Shown here one piece after another: positions 29,327-37,126 of a DNA stretch of 64,000 nt. Numbering within the stretch: the first letter of the stretch is position 1; every line of letters begins with the position of its first letter. The position numbers and the translations under genes are program-made. The notes below the pieces were generated by a model, which searched no databases, was not told the DNA's origin, and saw only the letters and a list, made by a program, of their open reading frames with translations. The DNA is from Armatimonadota bacterium (GTDB lineage: Bacteria > Armatimonadota > SYMT01), in contig JAWLHY010000003.1 in the NCBI GenBank assembly GCA_041690135.1, forward strand, positions 224,001-288,000. Direction: 5' to 3'.

Positions 29327-30328
29327 TTACTCCTTCTCTCCCGGCGCCGTGGCTTCCGGCAGATAGCGGCGCGGGAACTTGACGACCACCGTGTAGCGCG
29401 GCGAGACGATGTTGCAAAGGCGGGTCCGTCCCACCTGGCCGAGCACGTGGAAGGCGTCCCAGCGGTCGTAGCCGTGCTCATCCTCGAGCCAGAGCACCAT
29501 GCTCGCGTGCGCGACCCGGACGATGTCGTGGAGCGAGCGGCCGCTGGCGACGGTCATGATCCACTCCGCGTCGATCAGGCGGGGCCAGGTGAGGGGATGC
29601 GCCTTGAGCAGGTCCACCCGGAAGCGGACGCGGGCCGTCGTTTCGAGGGCGCCCCCGAGTACCTCGCCATCGGACTGGGCGGCATGGGCATCGCCGAACA
29701 TCAGCAATCCGCCGGGCACGAACACCGGCAGGTGCATGGTGACGCCGGTGCGGACCTCGGGGCAGTCCAGGTTGCCGCCATGGTTGCCCGCGTCCACGGT
29801 GTGGATCGCCTCGCCCCAGCGCGGCGCCACGCCCACGCACCCCAGGAACGGGTGCGTGGGGATCTCCACCCGGCCGATCCGACTCCCCGGCAGCTCGATC
29901 CGGGCTGTGTCGCGTTCCGGCCCCGCCAGCTCCCAGTGGTAGGCGCGCCCGGAGATCGGCGGCTTGAGACCGGTGGGCCCGACGAACATCATGTCGTCAC
30001 CGAGGAGGCCCAGGTGGCCGTTCACCGCGCCGAAGGCGGTCGGCCGGTTCAGCGCGATCTCCTCGAAGTGGACCACGAGCGTATCCCCCGGCTCCGCGCC
30101 CTCCACGTGGAACGGACCCGTCACGCCGTTGTACTCCAGCAGGCTCTCTCCCGGCTGCCGGCGCTCCCGGGGGATCGTTTCGCCGTCCGGATCGCCGTTG
30201 TCGGAGTCGACGGTCCAGGTTTCCACACGGTCTCCCGGCCGCAGTCGGAGTGCCGGCGGGTGGGCCGCGTAGGTGTAGTAGAACCGCTCCGGCTCGAACC
30301 GGATCACACTCGCCGGCTGCACGCTCAT
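29327..30328 (-). CDS. Acetamidase/formamidase family protein
   Basis: TGPFHVEGAEPGDTL, HGGNLD, GDAHAAQSDGE motifs; ATGA overlap with the upstream gene. Confidence 0.92.
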   Translation of the reverse strand: MSVQPASVIRFEPERFYYTYAAHPPALRLRPGDRVETWTVDSDNGDPDGETIPRERRQPGESLLEYNGVTGPFHVEGAEPGDTLVVHFEEIALNRPTAFGAVNGHLGLLGDDMMFVGPTGLKPPISGRAYHWELAGPERDTARIELPGSRIGRVEIPTHPFLGCVGVAPRWGEAIHTVDAGNHGGNLDCPEVRTGVTMHLPVFVPGGLLMFGDAHAAQSDGEVLGGALETTARVRFRVDLLKAHPLTWPRLIDAEWIMTVASGRSLHDIVRVAHASMVLWLEDEHGYDRWDAFHVLGQVGRTRLCNIVSPRYTVVVKFPRRYLPEATAPGEKE

Positions 30329-33069
30329 ACCCATTCCACCTCCACGCTCCGGACGCGGGGAGTGTTGCCGCCGTTCACCGCGCCCAACGCCAGCCGGTAC
30401 TGGACCCAGGGGCCACCACTCACCGGCTCCGGCAGTTCTTCCGGACGCTCGAACCAGGACGCCGCACCGGACGGCCCGAACCACGGCGCTGATGCCAACC
30501 CCTCCCGCGAGGATGCCAGGCGGACCTGTCCCCGCACCCAGGTTTTCGGCTGGAGGTCCGCTTCCCAGCGGAGGGCACGGACGGCGGTACCCGGGGGCAG
30601 TTCATAGGGATCGGAGGTGTAGAACTCTTCGGGGCCCCGGTCCATGAGGTTGCCCGGGTCGACCGCCAGCATGCCGTGCGGGCCGAACGTCGGCAGCCAG
30701 GTGATCCCGCCCGGCGAGAACCCTTCGGGGCCGTTCCACCATACCTGGGAGTGCCCCGAGTGGTTGCCGTAGGTCTTGTGGTTGGCCACGGCCAGGTCGA
30801 TCCAGCCGTCCTCGTTGAAGTCGGCGGCCAGGATGCCGCAGGAGGAGTGGGTGAAGAAGCGACTCACCCGCTGCTCGGAGAAATGTCCGCCGGGGGCTCC
30901 CCAATAGAGGAAGGCGTCCAGGTCGCGGTACCGGCCGCTGTTGTAGGAGGTGGCGAAGAGGTCCAGCACCCCGTCGTTGTTGAAGTCGGCGATCGACACG
31001 GAGTTCGCGGTGTGGGCGGGAAGCTGGGTACGCCGTTCTTCCCGGTATCCTTCCGGACCGCCCCAGTAGATGTAGAGCGAGGACTCGCACCGCCAGCTCT
31101 TACTGAGGCTCTGGTGCCCGCCGAGCACGAGATCGAGGTAGCCGTCGCCGTCCAGGTCGGCCGCCTGCGCGCAGATCACTCCTTCCGCGGCGAGCCAGGT
31201 GGCGCGCTCCAGGCTGAACCCCTCCGGCCCGCCCCACAGGATCAGGCACCGGGGTCCGCAGCACTGGGAGACGAACAGGTCCAGCCAGCCGTCCCCGTTG
31301 AAGTCCGCCGCCAGGAGCCAGCGGGGCTCCGAGTAGGCGGCGCCGTCCGCCAGTGGGTCCCAGTTGATCCGGTCCGGCTCGGTCGCATCCGGGGCGCGTG
31401 GGTCAAGGGAGATCCGCTGGGGGTTATCGAGGTCGAGCCCGCCGGGGCCGCCGCGGAAGATCAGCAGGACCGGGTTGGCGAACCCGACCACCGCCAGGTC
31501 GAGGTAGCCGCAGCGGCGGAAGTCGCCCGTGGCGCAGCCATGTGCGCGGCGGGTCGGGAGGATCTGCTTCCGCTCCGGCGCGAACCCCTCCGGGCCACCC
31601 CAGTAAAGGAAGGAGCCGGGGTCCAGGTGCGGCGCGTCCTCGGCGCAGTTGCAGATCAGGATGTCGGCCCAGCCGTCGTCGTCGAAGTCGGCGGCCAGCG
31701 CGGCGGGCGCGGACCACCCCGGCAGCTCCGCGCGTCGCTCCGGCTGGAACCCGTCCGGCCCGCCATAATAGACGAACGCCGGGATATCGCCCCGCACCCG
31801 GCCGCCACAGTGATTGATCCACAGCACCTGCGGCTCCGGCTCGTCGCAGGTCCGCCCCACCAGGGCCGTCGTGGCGTCGTGGGTGGGAAAGAGCACCGGC
31901 TCCGGAAGGAGACCCCCGGGGCTCCCCCGGTAGACCCGGGATTCGGTGCTGTGGAGGATGTCCGTCCGTCCCTGCGCCACGATCACCTCGGCGCAGCCGT
32001 CACCGTCGAGGTCTACCACCCGCACGTCGCGGGCGCTGACCGTCGGCATTGCGGTACGGCGCTCCGGGGAGAACCCGTCCGGCCCGCCCCAGTAGACCCA
32101 GGAAGTTTCCGGGTCGTTCCGGTGCCGGCAGACGGCGAGGGCGAGGTCGGCCCAACCGTCCCCGTTCACGTCGCCGGCCGCGGCGGCCACCGCGTCGGGG
32201 CAGGGCAGGACCAGCGGCGCGCCGAACTCGCGGCCGGGGAGCACCGGGAAGAAACAGGCGTCTTCGCCTTCGCGTCGGAACAGGTGCGGCTGCCCGGCGA
32301 GAGAAACAATTCCCGGCCGCCAGCCCTCCCCGAAACTGATCCAGCCTTCGGACGAGCCGGGCAGGGTCTCCGCCCCGGGGTCTTCCCCGCCGATGGGGGA
32401 GGCGTTCTCCACCCGGAGGCCCTCCGGACCACCCCAGAGCACCCGAGGGCGCTCGCCCCGCACGCGGGCGTACAGCTCCGCACAGCCGTCCCCGTCCAGG
32501 TCGGCGGCGGCGACGTGGGTCGCGGTCACGGGCAGGACGGCGAAGCTCCCCGCCAGGAATCCCGCCTCCGACTGGTAGAACAGCCGCAGCCCGCCGGCAC
32601 AGGCGAAGGCCAGGTCCGGGCGCCCGTCCCCATTGAAATCGCCGATCGCGACCCCGCGGCAGTCCGGCGCCGGCAGCTCGATCCGGTAGCGTTCCGTTAG
32701 CCCCTCGGGACCGCCATAGTAGATATAGGCGGTCAGGTCGGAATGGGTGCCGTTGTTCTGGTGCGCCACCACCAGGTCGTCGTAGCCGTCGCCGTTCAGA
32801 TCGCCCACGGCCCCGGCATAGGCGCCCTGGGTGGGCAGCTCGCGGGCCACTGCCTGGCCCAGAGGACAGTGCACCACGGAGACCGGCGGCCGCTCGTTCA
32901 TATCCTGGCTGTTGACGAACAGGATGTCGGCCCAGCCGTCCTGGTTGTAGTCGAAGCGGAAGATCCGCTGCAGCACGCCCGCCCGGGAGACGTACAGGTT
33001 CTGCCCCCCGTTGCCGAACGTGCCGTCCGCAAAAGCCGCGTAGCCTTCCTCTCGCCAGGTGCCTTTCAT
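30325..33069 (-). CDS. FG-GAP/VCBS repeat protein without a signal peptide
   Basis: Many DxNxDGxxDL repeats with YWGGPEGF spacers; start MKGTWREE coupled (ATGA) to the aldolase stop. Confidence 0.9.
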   Translation of the reverse strand: MKGTWREEGYAAFADGTFGNGGQNLYVSRAGVLQRIFRFDYNQDGWADILFVNSQDMNERPPVSVVHCPLGQAVARELPTQGAYAGAVGDLNGDGYDDLVVAHQNNGTHSDLTAYIYYGGPEGLTERYRIELPAPDCRGVAIGDFNGDGRPDLAFACAGGLRLFYQSEAGFLAGSFAVLPVTATHVAAADLDGDGCAELYARVRGERPRVLWGGPEGLRVENASPIGGEDPGAETLPGSSEGWISFGEGWRPGIVSLAGQPHLFRREGEDACFFPVLPGREFGAPLVLPCPDAVAAAAGDVNGDGWADLALAVCRHRNDPETSWVYWGGPDGFSPERRTAMPTVSARDVRVVDLDGDGCAEVIVAQGRTDILHSTESRVYRGSPGGLLPEPVLFPTHDATTALVGRTCDEPEPQVLWINHCGGRVRGDIPAFVYYGGPDGFQPERRAELPGWSAPAALAADFDDDGWADILICNCAEDAPHLDPGSFLYWGGPEGFAPERKQILPTRRAHGCATGDFRRCGYLDLAVVGFANPVLLIFRGGPGGLDLDNPQRISLDPRAPDATEPDRINWDPLADGAAYSEPRWLLAADFNGDGWLDLFVSQCCGPRCLILWGGPEGFSLERATWLAAEGVICAQAADLDGDGYLDLVLGGHQSLSKSWRCESSLYIYWGGPEGYREERRTQLPAHTANSVSIADFNNDGVLDLFATSYNSGRYRDLDAFLYWGAPGGHFSEQRVSRFFTHSSCGILAADFNEDGWIDLAVANHKTYGNHSGHSQVWWNGPEGFSPGGITWLPTFGPHGMLAVDPGNLMDRGPEEFYTSDPYELPPGTAVRALRWEADLQPKTWVRGQVRLASSREGLASAPWFGPSGAASWFERPEELPEPVSGGPWVQYRLALGAVNGGNTPRVRSVEVEWV

Positions 33070-33920
33070 CGAGTGGCTCTCCGGGCCGCTTCCAGCGCCG
33101 CGACGACCCCGGCCGAAAGACCGGTGTCCGATCCGAGCGCGATCAGCTTCCATCCCTGCTCCAGGCGTGCGCCGACATCCGCAGCGCCCACGAACCCGCC
33201 GACGGGGATGTGCTTGCGATGGCAGGCCTCCGTGATGCGGCGGACGTAGCCTTCCACCTCGGGATGGCCGTCCGGCAGACCGAGGGAAAACGCGAGGTCC
33301 GACGCGCCGATGAAGACCGCGCCGACGCCGGGAACGCTCAGGGTCTCCTCCAGGTTCTCCAGCCCCTCGCGGGATTCGAGCATGCAGACCAGGAGCAACT
33401 CCCCGCGCGGGTCGAGGGGCCAGAGGTCCGCCCGCTGCGCGTATTCGTCCGCCGGGAGCCCCCACATGTAGGCCGGGAACCCGTAACCGACGCCCCGCTG
33501 GCCGGCGGGCTCGAAATCCGGCACGTCGCGCATCTGCGGGAAGCGCGCCGCGCGCACGGCGCCGAGCGCTTCGGCGGGGTTATTGATGTGGGGCGCCACC
33601 ACCCCGAAAACGCCCAGATCCAGCACCTGCTTGATCTGCGCCTGCGTCTGCTCGCGCCCATTGGCGGGGATGCGGACCAGCGGCACCACGTCCGGCTGGA
33701 GATTGCCCTTCTCCAGGATGCGCTGCCGGTTCGTCATCGCGAAAAGGTAGCTCTCCAGCCGGGTGAGATCGAAGGGCGAGTGCTCCAGGTCGAAGATCAC
33801 CCAGTCGAGCGGGCTCCGCGCCAGCGAGACCGCGGACCGCGTCGAGAGCGCCGTGGCGAAGATCCCGTAGGCCGGTTTGCCTTCTGTGAACCGTTCGATC
33901 AGTTTGTTGAGATGAAGCAT
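33066..33920 (-). CDS. HpcH/HpaI class II aldolase family protein
   Basis: DWVIFDLEHS, VRIP, VLDLG, MLES..GLENLEE, FIGASDL motifs. Confidence 0.92.
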   Translation of the reverse strand: MLHLNKLIERFTEGKPAYGIFATALSTRSAVSLARSPLDWVIFDLEHSPFDLTRLESYLFAMTNRQRILEKGNLQPDVVPLVRIPANGREQTQAQIKQVLDLGVFGVVAPHINNPAEALGAVRAARFPQMRDVPDFEPAGQRGVGYGFPAYMWGLPADEYAQRADLWPLDPRGELLLVCMLESREGLENLEETLSVPGVGAVFIGASDLAFSLGLPDGHPEVEGYVRRITEACHRKHIPVGGFVGAADVGARLEQGWKLIALGSDTGLSAGVVAALEAARRATR

Positions 33921-34026
33921 GTCATTTGTAGCCGCGAGTTCACTCGCCAGTTCCACGCCTCTCCTCCCCGGACAGTCCTCACCGCAACCCACAGGTGCGT
34001 TCACGAAAGCCATTGGCCCCGCACCG

Positions 34027-34349
34027 CCCTCACCCCCTGCCCCTCTCCCACGCTGCGGGAGAGGGGAGATTCCGCGCCCACTGCGGGACAGTTCTCACGG
34101 TTGGTAACTGCCGTCTCCGAAACTCCGCTTCCGTAAGATAGCGAACGTATATCGACTCTGCTTCTGCGCTGCGGGAGAGGGGAGAGTGCATTCACCAGTT
34201 ACCAACCGACGTAGGCGGGTGCCCTTTTGCCGGGCGTTGTTCGTAGACACGAGTTATGGAACTTGGCAAAACAATTGCACTCTTCGACCGTTCTGATAAC
34301 GGTCATTCCCCTCTCCCGCAGCGCCGGGAGAGGGGTTAGGGGTGAGGGC
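34027..34349. repeat. Inverted pair of CCCTCACCCC..CCCTCTCCC..GGGAGAGGGG REP-like units, with an internal degenerate copy
   Basis: 34027-34066 and ~34307-34349 are reverse-complement related; third partial copy at ~34157-34184; same family as 2263-2303. Confidence 0.75.
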
Positions 34350-34466
34350 TGCCAGGGTGACCCGATGCGCCTCCGGATTTGATCTCCATTACTCGCGAGC
34401 CCCGAGGTTTAGCTCGGGGGTGGTCCGCCGCAGGTCGTTCGCCCGGTCTCGTTCATCGCGGGCACC

Positions 34467-35522
34467 TCACAAGATTCCGCGTGAAAGGTCCTCCACATAC
34501 CGCACCGTGTAGCCCCCCGCCCGCGCCAGCTCCGGGGCGTAGGCGAAAAGGGCCGGGTTGCCGCCGGTGTGGACGAACACCACGGTGCTGTCCGCGCCGA
34601 TCTCTCCGGTGGCGATCGAGTTCCGCAGGCCCGCGAAGGCTTTGGCGGTGTAGACCGGGTCGAAGAGGATTCCCTCGGTGCGGGCAGCCAGGTGGAGGGC
34701 CTCCATCCCCTCGGGAGTCGGCAGGCCGTAGTCTTCGCCCACCGCGTCGCCGCGGTTGTCGAACTCGCCGGTCTCCATGTGGACTCCCAACCCCATCCAC
34801 TCCGAGGCGTTGTTCGCCAGCCCCGCCAGGTGACCAAGCAGCCACTCCTGGTCCCAGTGGAAAGGACGCCAGGAGATCACGCGCGTGGGCAGGTCCAGAG
34901 CTTTCGCCCCGAGGGCTAGGCCGGCGTGGGTGCCTTCCAGGGAGCAGACCGCTACCACGTCCGGCGTGAGGTCGCGCGCGCGGAGCTGCATGGCGATCTC
35001 CGCGAAGCACTGGGCGTAGGCGACGGCCCCCAGCGCGTTGGCCCGCTCCCCGATGATGTAGGGGGTGTGCCCCGCCGCGCGGAGCTCCTCGGCGAGCTGG
35101 AGCTTGGCGGCGGCCTGGTCCTCCGCCCGGACGAAGCGGACCTCCGCCCCCAGGATGCAGTCGACCAGCCAGTTGCCCTGGAAACCCAGTTGGGCCCGGT
35201 GGTCCCACCGGCTGACGAGATAGCAGCGCAGGCCGAGACGCGCGGCGGCGGCGGCGGCCTGGCGGGCGTGGTTGCTTTGCGAGGCGGAGCCGGTGATGAT
35301 CGTGTCCGCCCCCTCCGCCAGGGCGTCCGCGAAGGTGAGACAGAACTTGCGGGTCTTGTTTCCGCCGAAGGCGAGCCCGGTCAGGTCGTCCCGCTTCAGG
35401 AAGAGGCGGCGCACCCCGAGGGCTTCCGCCAGCCGGGGGCATTCGTACAGGGGGGTGGGAAGGTCGGCGATTTCTACTCGCGGGAGCCGCAGCACGGCGT
35501 CCAGAAGGGCTTCGGGAGTCAT
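34467..35522 (-). CDS. D-cysteine desulfhydrase / ACC deaminase family PLP enzyme
   Basis: LKRDDLTGLAFGGNKTRK, QSNHARQ, DPVYTAKA, HTGG motifs. Confidence 0.93.
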   Translation of the reverse strand: MTPEALLDAVLRLPRVEIADLPTPLYECPRLAEALGVRRLFLKRDDLTGLAFGGNKTRKFCLTFADALAEGADTIITGSASQSNHARQAAAAAARLGLRCYLVSRWDHRAQLGFQGNWLVDCILGAEVRFVRAEDQAAAKLQLAEELRAAGHTPYIIGERANALGAVAYAQCFAEIAMQLRARDLTPDVVAVCSLEGTHAGLALGAKALDLPTRVISWRPFHWDQEWLLGHLAGLANNASEWMGLGVHMETGEFDNRGDAVGEDYGLPTPEGMEALHLAARTEGILFDPVYTAKAFAGLRNSIATGEIGADSTVVFVHTGGNPALFAYAPELARAGGYTVRYVEDLSRGIL

Positions 35523-35537
35523 GAAGGGTGTGTCGAG

Positions 35538-37115
35538 TTACAGCAAGGGGGCGATCGGCGTGCCCTGGTAGATCTGAAAAGGTCTTCCTTCCGCGTCGTG
35601 GAATTCCTGCTCCGGCCCGATGCCCAGTAGGTGGAAGATCGTGGCAGCGAGGTCGGCGGGGGTGTACCCGTCGCTGGTCGGATAGCCGCCGGTGGGGTCC
35701 GTTTTCCCGATCACGCGACCGGGCTGGATCCCGCCGCCCGCGAAGAAGCAGGGGAACACGTCGCCCCAGTGATGCCGTCCCGGCGTGAACGGCACGCCGG
35801 CGGCGTTCACCCCGTTGGGGCTGATGGGGGAGATGATGGGGGTCCGGCCCATCTCGCCGCACATCACGACGAGGGTCTCGTCCAGCAGGCCCCGGTCCTT
35901 CAGGTCGTCCAGGAGGCCGCTGAGACAGTGGTCCAGCGACGGCAGCAGCTTGCCCTTGAGATCGCGGAAGGCGTTCTGGTGGGTGTCCCAGCCGCGCAAG
36001 TTGACCTGGACCATCCGCACCCCGGCCTCTACGAGGCGGCGGGCGAGGAGGAAGCCATTCCCCCAGTCTTCCCGGCCGTAGAGCAGCCGGGTCTTTTCCG
36101 TCTCCAGACTGAGATCGAAGGGGTTCGATTTCCCCTGCTGCGAGAGCACCAGCTCGATCGCCTGCTGCCGGTAGATCTCCAGGTCCCGCACCTGGGGGTT
36201 GGCGTCCAGGTCCCGGCGCAGCCCGTCGACCCGCGCCAGCAGCGCGCGGCGGTTATCCAGGCGGGAGAGGGTCAGGCCAGCCGGCGTGCCGAGGTCCGGC
36301 TTGCGGTACTCGGGGTTGCGGCAGGTGGTGTTGTCCCACCACGCCTTGGGCCCGGGACCCGGAGCCCGGGCGGGGTCGTCCGGCTGGTCGTGGCTGAAGC
36401 AGTTGGGACAGGAGCCGGCCGGATCGGGAGCTCTGCAGAGCGGGGCCAGGTTGAGCGCCCACACGGCATGCCGGTTTCCGAGCATGCCCGGTCGCTCGCC
36501 CGCGCCCTGTCCCCCGCCCCGGGGAATCATCACCGCGGGCGGCAGCCCGTGGCCCGCCGATCCGGGGGCGGCGTAGGCGATCATGGAGGCGATGGAGGGC
36601 CACTCCAGGGCCCGCGGGCGCGGGAGATGAATCGTGCTGGTCGTCTCTCCCGGCGGGAGGGCCAGAGTGCCGGTTTGCAGCAGGTACGCGGCGGCGCTGT
36701 GTTCGTTGCGGAAGGCGGGGCCCGCCGGGTGGTACATCGTCCGCACGATGGAGAACAGCGGCGACCGCTGGGCCAGGCGCGGCAGGTACTCGCAGACCTG
36801 CAGGCCATCCGTGCGGCTGGAAATGGGGTTGTACTCGCCGCGGATCTCCGCCGGTGCGTCGGGCTTGGGATCCCAGGTCTCGAACTGGGACGGTCCTCCC
36901 GCCTGGAAGATGAAGACGACCGATTTCGCCCGCGCGGGGCGCTGTGTCCGGCCCGTGGCCCGCGCCGCCTCGGCCGCGTGGGCTTCGAGGCGCAGCAGGT
37001 CCGCCAGGCTGGCGCCCAGCAGGCTCATCCCGCCGACCTGAAGCAGGCCCCGGCGCGCCACGCGGGGGTGGTCTTCGGGCCGGCAGCCGTGGTGGGGATG
37101 GAGATTGCGTCGCAT
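35538..37115 (-). CDS. DUF1501 domain-containing protein
   Basis: RRGLLQVGG, AKSVVFIFQAGGPSQFETWDPKP, LLARRLVEAGV, GEMGRTP, GRHHW motifs. Confidence 0.93.
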   Translation of the reverse strand: MRRNLHPHHGCRPEDHPRVARRGLLQVGGMSLLGASLADLLRLEAHAAEAARATGRTQRPARAKSVVFIFQAGGPSQFETWDPKPDAPAEIRGEYNPISSRTDGLQVCEYLPRLAQRSPLFSIVRTMYHPAGPAFRNEHSAAAYLLQTGTLALPPGETTSTIHLPRPRALEWPSIASMIAYAAPGSAGHGLPPAVMIPRGGGQGAGERPGMLGNRHAVWALNLAPLCRAPDPAGSCPNCFSHDQPDDPARAPGPGPKAWWDNTTCRNPEYRKPDLGTPAGLTLSRLDNRRALLARVDGLRRDLDANPQVRDLEIYRQQAIELVLSQQGKSNPFDLSLETEKTRLLYGREDWGNGFLLARRLVEAGVRMVQVNLRGWDTHQNAFRDLKGKLLPSLDHCLSGLLDDLKDRGLLDETLVVMCGEMGRTPIISPISPNGVNAAGVPFTPGRHHWGDVFPCFFAGGGIQPGRVIGKTDPTGGYPTSDGYTPADLAATIFHLLGIGPEQEFHDAEGRPFQIYQGTPIAPLL

Positions 37116-37126
37116 CGTCGGAACCC

